64,000 bases of DNA. Source: a bacterium (lineage in GTDB: Bacteria; Patescibacteriota; Microgenomatia; UBA10105; UBA927). The position numbers and the translations under genes were made by a program. Positions within the stretch are counted from its first letter, which is position 1; each line of letters starts with the position of its first letter. The stretch lies in contig JAKAFY010000004.1 of the NCBI GenBank assembly GCA_021817785.1, positions 6,826-70,825 of the forward strand. The letters run 5' to 3'. The notes under the pieces are model-generated. The model had not been told where the DNA came from and made no database searches. It was given only the letters and a program-made list of their open reading frames with translations. Of the stretch, positions 27,692-36,035 are shown piece by piece.

Positions 27692-28297
27692 ATGTGTATG
27701 AAACATAAAACGCTTCTTCGCTCACTTGGCATCATTCTGGTTTTTCTTGCCGTTATCGGCGGCGCATATTGGTTTGGATCATCCCGTCGCACAAACGTAC
27801 CGGCCCCGGCGGCTGCCACCCCCACGCCTGCGGCAACCCCCGATATGTCAGGCAGTACTCCGGACCTTTCTCCCACCGATACGATAGCGCCTTCGCCTAC
27901 GACAAAACTTCTTCCCACCTGGACACCCGCGCCGTCTCCCACGTCTACCCCGGCGCCGTCTGCGACTCCTACGACTGCTCCGGGCGTGGTGAATATAGAA
28001 ACAAGCGTCTCACCATCCGGTACGGTCCACAGTTGTTCGGCCACCACATTTAATTTTTCTGCAAAAATCTATACCAATGCCGCAACGACGATTACATATA
28101 CCTGGGTGAGAAGCGACGGCGCCACCGGGTCCTCCCAGACGCTGACGTTCAGCGGCGCAGGTATGCAGACGGTCACGACGAGCTGGACATTGACGAGAAC
28201 CAGCGGTACGCAGTTTACCGGATGGGAACGAATTCACGTCACCGCTCCCAACGATGCGCTTAGCAATACGGGAGACTTCACCCTCGCGTGTCCGTAA
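27692..28297 (+). CDS. Surface protein: signal-anchor, Pro/Thr-rich linker, Cys-containing beta domain (paralogue of 5318-5902)
   Basis: LLRSLGIILVFLAVIGGAYWF TM. Linker of about 75 aa reads PAPAAATPTPAATP...TPAPSPTSTPAPSATPTTAP. Ends in ...FTLACP. Confidence 0.55.
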   Translation: MCMKHKTLLRSLGIILVFLAVIGGAYWFGSSRRTNVPAPAAATPTPAATPDMSGSTPDLSPTDTIAPSPTTKLLPTWTPAPSPTSTPAPSATPTTAPGVVNIETSVSPSGTVHSCSATTFNFSAKIYTNAATTITYTWVRSDGATGSSQTLTFSGAGMQTVTTSWTLTRTSGTQFTGWERIHVTAPNDALSNTGDFTLACP

Positions 28298-28339
28298 TAT
28301 TTTTTTCGGTTTGCCGCCGTGTGATATACTCCTAGCTGC

Positions 28340-28588
28340 GTGAAAGATATCATCACCGTCGAAGAAGCTGCCCGGTTTCTCCACAAGCATCCGGATACGA
28401 TCCGTCGATGGATCGAACGCAATGTATTGAAAGCCCGTCATCTTTCGGCCGGCGGCCACGGCATTTACGCCATTTTACGAAGCGATCTGTTGGAACTTGC
28501 CATATCGGAATCGATCGAAGAAAAAGAAAAAATCAAAACGATGCCGCATCCCAAAGTGTCCGCTACCCAACGCACGCTTCCCCTGTAG
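28340..28588 (+). CDS. Excisionase-family HTH (HTH_17) DNA-binding protein
   Basis: ITVEEAARFLHKHPDTIRRWIERNVLKARHL...GGHGIYAI is the classic excisionase/MerR-like HTH_17. Confidence 0.7.
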   Translation: MKDIITVEEAARFLHKHPDTIRRWIERNVLKARHLSAGGHGIYAILRSDLLELAISESIEEKEKIKTMPHPKVSATQRTLPL

Positions 28589-28589
28589 A

Positions 28590-29201
28590 TTAGTGTTTCG
28601 TATAGGAGCCGGTCAGTGTTGTTTTGGTCATGGTGTGCCGGGCGATCGCCGTAGAAAATTCCGAAAATGTCGCTCCCTCCGGTAGTGTGAGTACATTGTC
28701 CAATGCATACAGGGTAAACACATACCGGTGCGTGCCGCTCGGCGGACACGGCGCTGCGTATCCTGCTAGTCCCGCGCTGTTATTTCCCACAGAGGCATCT
28801 TTCGGCATTTCATTTTCAGCTATCGAGCGGGTATCGGGACGGATATTCCATATGATCAGGTGGTGAAACGTGCCGTCCACAGCATCCGGATCATCCAGGG
28901 TGAGAGCGAGGGATTGTGCCGTAGGCGGGACATCTGCGATCGTAAACGGCGGGCTCGCATTCGCGCCATGGCAGGTATATGTTTCGGACAGCTCACCGGC
29001 TGCCGACACTGCCGTACTCATAAGCTTCATGCCGGTGCGTTTTATGGGACATGGAACAGTGGGCTTTCCGGCACGCGGATGCCCGTGCATGACCCATACC
29101 CCTTCTGTACAGATCCATGTATCTTCGCTTCCCCGAAGCAGCAGCAGTCCGAACCCGGATAACACGATGCCAAACAGGATAAATATGAACGATCGTCCCA
29201 C
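28590..29201 (-). CDS. YbhB/YbcL-family PEBP (Raf-kinase-inhibitor-like) protein with signal peptide; start uncertain (probable GTG)
   Basis: LTLDDPDAVDGTFHHLIIWNI and PCPPSGTHRYVFTLYALD are PEBP signatures. The in-frame upstream hydrophobic segment GRSFIFILFGIVLSGFGLLLL suggests a signal peptide beginning at GTG at about 29201. The long ORF-track N-terminus is probably not translated. Confidence 0.6.
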   Translation of the reverse strand: MGRSFIFILFGIVLSGFGLLLLRGSEDTWICTEGVWVMHGHPRAGKPTVPCPIKRTGMKLMSTAVSAAGELSETYTCHGANASPPFTIADVPPTAQSLALTLDDPDAVDGTFHHLIIWNIRPDTRSIAENEMPKDASVGNNSAGLAGYAAPCPPSGTHRYVFTLYALDNVLTLPEGATFSEFSTAIARHTMTKTTLTGSYTKH

Positions 29202-29250
29202 ACTGGTAGTATACCAAAGCAGCCGGTGGTATACCGGCGCAGGGGTGGAT

Positions 29251-29475
29251 TTAGTTTCCCGACAAAGGAGTGGCAGCACCCGGCGTTTCGGTCGGAGCCG
29301 CGTACGCATGCTGCGTGTTGCTGTCTTTGGAAGAGGCGCTGTCGTTTTTCCCCAACACAACATACGATATGAAGCCGTATACCAGTCCACCCACGAGTAT
29401 GTATACAAATACCCACTGCCATAGCGGGCGCCGGGCGTATTCGTTCGGGGGATCAACGAGTGTGGAGTCTTTCAC
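29251..29475 (-). CDS. Small membrane protein, 74 aa (tentative)
   Basis: TM helix WQWVFVYILVGGLVYGFISYVVLG. A different frame from the PEBP ORF. Confidence 0.3.
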   Translation of the reverse strand: MKDSTLVDPPNEYARRPLWQWVFVYILVGGLVYGFISYVVLGKNDSASSKDSNTQHAYAAPTETPGAATPLSGN

Positions 29476-29526
29476 AAATAGTACTATATATCACAAATAC
29501 GGAAAGTCAATATAACGTATCGCTTG

Positions 29527-31224
29527 CTACCAGCTTCCTCCGCCGCCTCCCCCTCCGCCGCCGCCGGAAAATCCGCCGCCGGACGAAAACCCGGAAGAAA
29601 ATCCCGATGACGATTTGTAGGTTGCCGAATACGTAAACGATTTGCTATACCCCGTGCCGATACTCCGAGCAAATGCCGTGCTCGTATACCCGCCCGTCGA
29701 TGATTCGTACCACGTCGGTTTGTTCATGGCCAGATCTTTAAATCGTGCTGCCCATATGTCTTCCACGCCAAAGGCGACCGCATACGGCAGCAGTTTTTCG
29801 AACATCATCTGATTTTTGGCCTGAAACGCAAGCTGTTTGTCCTGGCTCACCAGAAAATTTTTCAACGACCGCGCCACCGCTGCCTGCTCTGCTCCCCACA
29901 ATGTTTTTCGCGGCATATGCAGCCCAAAAGTGAGCGACACGACGAGCAGTATCGGGTTAAAGGTTATGGCAGAACATATTGCCAATACGGTATACAATAC
30001 GCGGATAGTCTGTGGATTTTTTGGGAAAAAGCCGTCTGTTACCAGAGACGTATACAGCATCCCCGTCACTTTTTGCGTCGTCGCGGTAAGGTCGATATCT
30101 TTGAGTTTTGCCGTATCGTGGTCCGCAAATATCCCTTCCAGAAGCGTCTGTTCAAACGGCTGCACCATACGTGCGTCCCACTGCCGGACTTTCGTTAGGG
30201 TAAATATTCCTTTGGATACTTCCGTAATTTTTATAAACCCGCGACGGGCGAGGTCAATTATGCTTGCATAAATATCACGCATGTGTACCGTTTCATCGAT
30301 CAGCCCGCCGGTTTCTGCGGGGGTAAGTTCCCGGCCGCCTTGCGTTTTCGGCGGACTAAACCAGGCGCGTACCTCTCCCATGGGCGGCTTGGGATCCCGT
30401 CCGCCGGTCCACCATTTCCGGACGACGATGACAGGAGCCACGATATACCAGAACAATGCAGCGATAGCGATCAGCACTATGACGATTTTTCCGAGTACGG
30501 TCGAAAAAAACGGTACGACCTCAGTAGGTTCCAGCACCGCAACCACGTGTTTCGGGAATCCGACCACGGTCGTCAATCCTTCTCCCGCAGCCAGTGCATG
30601 CGTCGTCTGGACCACAGCCGTATGATTGTGTACCGACGCAGTGCAATTTTTCCCCCGTACGCCCAATGCGCCGGTAAAGCATGCTATAGCGATATCGGCA
30701 TCCGGCACATTCGCGGGCAACGTTATGGTAGCGCGGCCAAACGTTATCCCCGCAGGCCACTCGGTGCCGATATCATTCCAGTACCATTCATCGTGATCCG
30801 GAAAATACGTCAATGCCCCCCGCACCGTATACGAAATCGCATACCGCTGTATGCCGGTTATCTTTACATTAGGGTCTCCTATTTTCAGCGTGAGGGACTG
30901 TCCGTTATCCGAGGTGGCATACGGCAGGGAAAAATCTTTGTCGTCCCGCACGGAGATATCCCCGATGGTCATCCGGTATGTTTTTCCGTTGCTGTTGGTC
31001 TTACGATACGGGATCACCCGCAGTATCCCGTGTTTCGGTTCGGAAAACACGTATTCCAGACGCTCCGCCACCCGCACCGATCCGTCGGATGCGATTGTGG
31101 AAGATACGTCATATGCCTGTATATGCTCTGTTGCCGCATAGGGAGACGCATCGTTCTGCGCCCACACCCGCGACGGGACAAAAAACAAACAAATGGTGAT
31201 GCACCACAACGCGATATGTTTCAT
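29527..31224 (-). CDS. DUF2207 domain membrane protein with Gly-rich C-terminal tail
   Basis: Signal peptide. DUF2207-like N-terminal ectodomain. TM helices. C-terminal GFSSGFSSGGGFSGGGGGGGGGGSW. Confidence 0.7.
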   Translation of the reverse strand: MKHIALWCITICLFFVPSRVWAQNDASPYAATEHIQAYDVSSTIASDGSVRVAERLEYVFSEPKHGILRVIPYRKTNSNGKTYRMTIGDISVRDDKDFSLPYATSDNGQSLTLKIGDPNVKITGIQRYAISYTVRGALTYFPDHDEWYWNDIGTEWPAGITFGRATITLPANVPDADIAIACFTGALGVRGKNCTASVHNHTAVVQTTHALAAGEGLTTVVGFPKHVVAVLEPTEVVPFFSTVLGKIVIVLIAIAALFWYIVAPVIVVRKWWTGGRDPKPPMGEVRAWFSPPKTQGGRELTPAETGGLIDETVHMRDIYASIIDLARRGFIKITEVSKGIFTLTKVRQWDARMVQPFEQTLLEGIFADHDTAKLKDIDLTATTQKVTGMLYTSLVTDGFFPKNPQTIRVLYTVLAICSAITFNPILLVVSLTFGLHMPRKTLWGAEQAAVARSLKNFLVSQDKQLAFQAKNQMMFEKLLPYAVAFGVEDIWAARFKDLAMNKPTWYESSTGGYTSTAFARSIGTGYSKSFTYSATYKSSSGFSSGFSSGGGFSGGGGGGGGGGSW

Positions 31225-32210
31225 TACTGGAGGTATTTGGCGATATTGGCGTTATGTTCTTCTATCGTCTTGGCATAGTGTACGCCGCCCGCGGGATCGT
31301 GGAGGTAATACCAGTAGTCGGATGCTTTGGGAAAAAGCACGGCATTGATGGAAGAAATGCCCGGATTACATATGGGCCCCGGCGGCAATCCGGGATTTGT
31401 GTACGTGTTATACGGAGACTTCACCGCCCGGTCATCTGCCGACAACACTTTTTTCCACCAGGTTTTTTCCGCCGGTTGGTAGCCTAACGCATACTGGAGC
31501 GTGGCATCTACCTGCAGCGGCCAGTTCGCTTTCCATCGTTTGATCAGTATGCCCGCGATCACCGGTTTATCCGTATCCGTCAGTCCCTCGCGTTCAACAA
31601 GCGAGGCCAGTGTTATCACCTGGTCCATCGTCATCCCGTCCTGAGCTGCTTTTTGTCGCATCTCGTCGGTCACTTTGGTATCAAATGTCGAGCGGAACAT
31701 GTTGACGATCGCACCGGCAGTTGCGTCCCGCGGGATACGGTAGGTGTCCGGAAACATATATCCCACATGGGCGATCTTTAAAAATTCGCTTTCCGGTATG
31801 TCCATATGTTTGGAAAGGATCGCGGCTATTTCTTCATCGCGCCAGCCTTCCAGCGTCGTCACCCATACGTCCTGGAATCCGTGGGTCAGCTGTTCCGCTA
31901 CCGTACGGCTATCCATGGATCGGTTCAGCCGGAAATCCCCCGCCTGGAGTTTCTTTTCTATCCCCATGAGTTTTACCAGGATAAAAAATGCGGTCGGACT
32001 GCGGATCAAATGCTCAGCTTCGAGATTTGTGGCTATTGCCCGTGCGCCGTCTCCCGGATGTATGGTAAACGCTATCGGCGTCTGATCGGCGGGGTTCACC
32101 GACTGCATACTGTCCATCCACCAGGCAAATACGCCGCCGACGCAGACGAGGGTCACGAGGAAAAATACGATGACCCGGGTGAGTACTGCAGTAGTGTTAT
32201 TTGATTTCAT
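31224..32210 (-). CDS. mltG: Endolytic murein transglycosylase MltG (YceG-like)
   Basis: N-terminal TM. YceG-like domain (FTIHPGDGARAIATNLE...YNTYTNPGLPPGPICNPG). Confidence 0.85.
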   Translation of the reverse strand: MKSNNTTAVLTRVIVFFLVTLVCVGGVFAWWMDSMQSVNPADQTPIAFTIHPGDGARAIATNLEAEHLIRSPTAFFILVKLMGIEKKLQAGDFRLNRSMDSRTVAEQLTHGFQDVWVTTLEGWRDEEIAAILSKHMDIPESEFLKIAHVGYMFPDTYRIPRDATAGAIVNMFRSTFDTKVTDEMRQKAAQDGMTMDQVITLASLVEREGLTDTDKPVIAGILIKRWKANWPLQVDATLQYALGYQPAEKTWWKKVLSADDRAVKSPYNTYTNPGLPPGPICNPGISSINAVLFPKASDYWYYLHDPAGGVHYAKTIEEHNANIAKYLQ

Positions 32211-32388
32211 CGATCAGTGCACGGCGGTATTTATGCGCCGCGGCATCATACATATAAATCCGTCCGCATTCGCAATCTACGCGCTGCATTCCTTTGCCCT
32301 GTTTGGTCGGCAACAGCTTGCCGCATCCCACGCATTTTCCCTGGGAAAGCAACCATGCCTGCATCGGGCCGATGATGTTTTTAAACAT
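32197..32388 (-). CDS. Small zinc-ribbon protein, 63 aa
   Basis: CVGCG...C.CG has four Cys. Overlaps the mltG start by 14 nt. Confidence 0.4.
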   Translation of the reverse strand: MFKNIIGPMQAWLLSQGKCVGCGKLLPTKQGKGMQRVDCECGRIYMYDAAAHKYRRALIDEIK

Positions 32389-32395
32389 ACGATCG

Positions 32396-33655
32396 TCAGT
32401 CTACCTGATAAATCGGCATCGTTTTCGCGGTTTCCACCGCTTCTTTCAGGCGCCATTTATCAGAACTGTAAAACGTCCCTAGTATATCACCTTTATCCAC
32501 TGTCTCTTCAAGTTTCCGGTTCATATAGATGCCGGCCAGCTTGTCCGTCGGGTTGCCGAGTATGCGGCAGATCACGGAAATCTGCTGGTTATTGATATGC
32601 GACACGATTCCGTGCCGCGGAGCTTTCAGTTCAAATTTTTCCTTCCCGGGCGTCAGCTTGCTGCTCACCACATTGGGGTCGCCGCCCTGTGCTTTGATGA
32701 TCTCCCGCATTTTTTTGAGCGCCTTGCCCGACGTCAGCATTTCCCGCGCCACTTCCTCGCCGTTTAACGATTTTTTGGACGGTATATCGGCAAAACACAG
32801 TGTCAGAAGTTTCCCCGCCAGCCGGAGTGCTTTCGCTTCCAGCGCAAGCGGCCGTTCCGGTGCCTGCTCCAGCACCTGGAACACATCGCGCGCTTCCAGC
32901 ACGGGCCCGATGCCGCGCCCTGCATTTTGGCGCATTTCGTTTATGTCAAAAATCATTTTGAGCCCGAACCGCTTTGCCAGTCCGGCAAACTTTTTGGCGA
33001 TGACTTCCGCATCCTTAAAGTGCTGTATTTTCATCGTGGGACCGACGGGCAGATCGATGACGACGTGATTGGCTCCCGATGCGACTTTTTTGGCCATCAC
33101 GGACACGATGACCTTGTCATAGGATTCAAATCCCAACGGCCGTTCCACCTGGATTAATATATCGTCCGCGGGAGCCAGCCCCACGTGCCCGCCCCAGACG
33201 ATGCATCCGCCCACGGTGTTGACGATGTGCGTTATCTGCGACGTGGTAAATGTTACCGGGGCGATGACTTCCATCGTATCCGCGGTTCCGGACGGAGATG
33301 TTATCGCCCGTGTGGAGGTTTTGGGAATTTTGAGTCCTGCTGCCGCGACGATCGGCACCAATATCATCGTCGTTCTGGTGCCTGCGACTCCCCCGGTGGA
33401 ATGTTTGTCCGCGACCACCCCGGAAAAATGAAGTCTCGGGCCGGTGTTGATCATGGCTTTCGTCAAAAAATACAGTTCCTCATCCGAAAATCCTTCCTTA
33501 AATCCCGCGGCCGCAAAATACGTCGTCAGCACGGGACTTAAGTCCTTATTGGATATCTGGTCCATGATCGCAAAAATCTCCCGGTACGAGAGTTCCTTGC
33601 CGACCAGTTTCTTTTTAATCGCTTCGATAGCAAATTGTTTATCGTCTTTGTGCAT
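32396..33655 (-). CDS. Thymidine-phosphorylase-family nucleoside/AMP phosphorylase
   Basis: DKHSTGGVAGTRTTM is the family signature. Glycosyltransferase family 3 N-domain. About 419 aa. Confidence 0.8.
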   Translation of the reverse strand: MHKDDKQFAIEAIKKKLVGKELSYREIFAIMDQISNKDLSPVLTTYFAAAGFKEGFSDEELYFLTKAMINTGPRLHFSGVVADKHSTGGVAGTRTTMILVPIVAAAGLKIPKTSTRAITSPSGTADTMEVIAPVTFTTSQITHIVNTVGGCIVWGGHVGLAPADDILIQVERPLGFESYDKVIVSVMAKKVASGANHVVIDLPVGPTMKIQHFKDAEVIAKKFAGLAKRFGLKMIFDINEMRQNAGRGIGPVLEARDVFQVLEQAPERPLALEAKALRLAGKLLTLCFADIPSKKSLNGEEVAREMLTSGKALKKMREIIKAQGGDPNVVSSKLTPGKEKFELKAPRHGIVSHINNQQISVICRILGNPTDKLAGIYMNRKLEETVDKGDILGTFYSSDKWRLKEAVETAKTMPIYQVD

Positions 33656-33769
33656 AGGGGAAATATGGTCTCACGGGACACACGCTATCACATAGCTCTC
33701 TATACAGTATAAGCCATGCCCGGCCAAATCCATAGAGCACCTGCGGATGCCCGGCTCCGGCTTCGGACA

Positions 33770-34474
33770 TTATATTCTCACCAGTTTTGCCTTGACGTTC
33801 AGGCGGTACCAGAACGTACCCGGGGGCACACAGGTAACAAGCGTCAGGTATGAGTCGTCAAACCGCTGTTCGAGCGGCGTCAAGTCAGTGGGTTCTACTA
33901 CCACCTTATCGTATACTTTGTACTGATACGTCACGCCGTCGTACGTCACCAGGATATCGCTGCCTTCTTTTATCGTCGGCAGCGTCGCAAACACCGTGTG
34001 ATAATCCTGGGTCCCCCGGTATAGCTGCGGCAGGGTGGAGTGCCCGAATATCACAGTGTTGCCGTATTCTCCGGGCAGTCCCGTGCCGCCGTAGTGGATC
34101 AGGCTTTTGCCCAGATCGTCTCCGGCGATCACAACCGTCGCATCTTTAAGTCCCAAAGACGGGATGGATAGCGTATAGCTATTGACGGGGGCGACGACTT
34201 TTTTCTGCGGCGACGTCGGAAACCAGGTGTTGGGATCCGTGGATGCCGTTCCGGAAGCGGCATACGCCACCGGCGCGGTGACCCGGACTCCCCCTTCGTC
34301 TACGGGACTTACGGTCTTGGCAAACATGATCTGATCATAGGTAAAAAACGACATGATGGGCCACAGGGTCCATGCCAGGATACCGATACCCAACGTCATC
34401 AGGAGGTAAGACACGATCACCGGTTTACGGAACGGTTTCTTGGGATATGTTTTAACGTACCGATACATCGCCAT
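33770..34474 (-). CDS. Sortase
   Basis: N-terminal TM. Catalytic His (VIFGHS). TLVTCVP Cys motif. Confidence 0.8.
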   Translation of the reverse strand: MAMYRYVKTYPKKPFRKPVIVSYLLMTLGIGILAWTLWPIMSFFTYDQIMFAKTVSPVDEGGVRVTAPVAYAASGTASTDPNTWFPTSPQKKVVAPVNSYTLSIPSLGLKDATVVIAGDDLGKSLIHYGGTGLPGEYGNTVIFGHSTLPQLYRGTQDYHTVFATLPTIKEGSDILVTYDGVTYQYKVYDKVVVEPTDLTPLEQRFDDSYLTLVTCVPPGTFWYRLNVKAKLVRI

Positions 34475-34523
34475 AGCAATTTATGTTGTATCCTCCATGA
34501 TAGCACGGTTGAAGAACATCAGA

Positions 34524-35228
34524 CTATGGATGCGTTATAGATAATTGAGCTGTGTGGCGTGCATATATTTCGTTACAATCGATTATTGGAATACTACAGT
34601 CTGATTGTTTTAGGATAAGCGGTAACTCGGTACATGCCAACAAAATAGCGTTTGCTCCCGCCTTCTGCAAATGCGTCACGATACGTTTCATGTTTGTTTT
34701 ATCAATGTCTGTTGATATTCCGCCCATTTCGTTGAGTATCACTTCTGCAATCATTCGTTGATCCGTTTGATTCGGAACTATGGCAGTAATTCCTTTTTCA
34801 TCAAGACGTGCCTGATATACTCTCTTATTAATTGTTGTTTCGGTAGCGAGCATCCCAAGTTGTGTATATCCTTTACTTTGAACATACTGTGCTATGACAG
34901 CGGCCAAACTTATGATCGGAATGTTAACGAGCTTTTGTAATCGTTCATTCAGATATTGAAGCGAGTTACATACAATGACGATAAAGTCCGCGCCATCCCG
35001 TTCCAGTTTTATGATAGCCTCCGAAACCATAGAGAATGTCTTTTCCTCATCTTCGATGCGTTCGACTAAATCTGGCGTGGGGACACTGTAAATGATCATC
35101 GGTGGGTAGTCACGAACATATGTCGCGTTAAAATGATCCTGATAATACTGTATGAGATGAAGGTAAAAGTCAGCGGTTGAATTCGGTCCCTGTCCTCCAA
35201 TAATACCTATCGTCTTATAGGTATTCAT
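34524..35228 (-). CDS. Asp/Glu/hydantoin-racemase-family protein (aspartate racemase-like)
   Basis: IGIIGGQGPNSTADFY and two Cys-containing catalytic regions (VIVCNS, LACTELP). Low-GC region. Confidence 0.75.
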   Translation of the reverse strand: MNTYKTIGIIGGQGPNSTADFYLHLIQYYQDHFNATYVRDYPPMIIYSVPTPDLVERIEDEEKTFSMVSEAIIKLERDGADFIVIVCNSLQYLNERLQKLVNIPIISLAAVIAQYVQSKGYTQLGMLATETTINKRVYQARLDEKGITAIVPNQTDQRMIAEVILNEMGGISTDIDKTNMKRIVTHLQKAGANAILLACTELPLILKQSDCSIPIIDCNEIYARHTAQLSITHP

Positions 35229-35278
35229 GAAACCGTTATCCTTCAGCCAAACAGGTGGAATAATTTCGCACCTATTTC

Positions 35279-35860
35279 TTACATATATTGCTCTAAGTCC
35301 ATCGTATCAAGTTGATTTAAATACTTCGTAACCTTCAGTTTGTCCGCCCATAATTTCATATATTTTTTATCCAATCGATCTCCCTGAATCTGGTATACAC
35401 ATGCCGCATCCACAATGTGTTTTTCTATAGTTGCGTCCTTATACCATCGAAGCTTTTGTAGTATCGTATCTTCCGCTGAAGATATGACAATGTGTGTATC
35501 CAATATCATCACTGTTTTTTTTCTTTGAAATCTGGACTGATCAAACGCATCGTCAGTAAGCAACCACACATCCACCTTTAATAGAGTCGGTTGATGAATA
35601 ATTTGGAACAAGCCCTTTTTTCGAATTCCTTCCGACACCATATCTTTTTGGATCAGAAATTCTGACGGAAGTTTCTCGATCGCGCGTACTGCCCAATCAA
35701 CATCTTGTGGATGCAAATCTACGACAAAATCTATGTCGTGCGATGCCCGAGGCCTCCCATAAAAAATAACGCTCCATGCGCCTGTAATCATATATGGGAT
35801 GGCATTCTGCTGAAAAAATTTCGATAAAGAAACCAGGAGTGATGACTGATCTGCTTCCAT
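35279..35860 (-). CDS. Nucleotidyltransferase-fold protein (Abi/toxin-antitoxin-type NTase-like)
   Basis: ITGAWSVIFYGRPRASHDIDFVVDL is the GS...DxD nucleotidyltransferase motif. Low-GC region. Confidence 0.5.
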   Translation of the reverse strand: MEADQSSLLVSLSKFFQQNAIPYMITGAWSVIFYGRPRASHDIDFVVDLHPQDVDWAVRAIEKLPSEFLIQKDMVSEGIRKKGLFQIIHQPTLLKVDVWLLTDDAFDQSRFQRKKTVMILDTHIVISSAEDTILQKLRWYKDATIEKHIVDAACVYQIQGDRLDKKYMKLWADKLKVTKYLNQLDTMDLEQYM

Positions 35861-35868
35861 GCAATCTA

Positions 35869-36003
35869 TTATACGCCGGTCGCCCGAACGCCTGCCTGCC
35901 GAACAATCCGGACAAGTTGGGATAACTTCATAGCAATACGGACTTTTTTATCTCCGGACATATGTTTGTATTGTTTTAATAAATATGGAGTTATTTTTTT
36001 CAT
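35869..36003 (-). CDS. Unannotated 44-aa Lys-rich ORF immediately upstream of the NTase gene (tentative)
   Basis: My translation is MKKITPYLLKQYKHMSGDKKVRIAMKLSQLVRIVRQAGVRATGV. Its stop lies 8 nt before the NTase ATG. Too short for the ORF track. Confidence 0.3.
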   Translation of the reverse strand: MKKITPYLLKQYKHMSGDKKVRIAMKLSQLVRIVRQAGVRATGV

Positions 36004-36035
36004 ATGCCTGCCCCGCAAAACGTTAATAACGTGGG

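Noticed and set aside
30283-31278. 331-aa plus-strand ORF
   Set aside because: It is antisense to the DUF2207 gene. It is Arg/Cys-rich with no motif.
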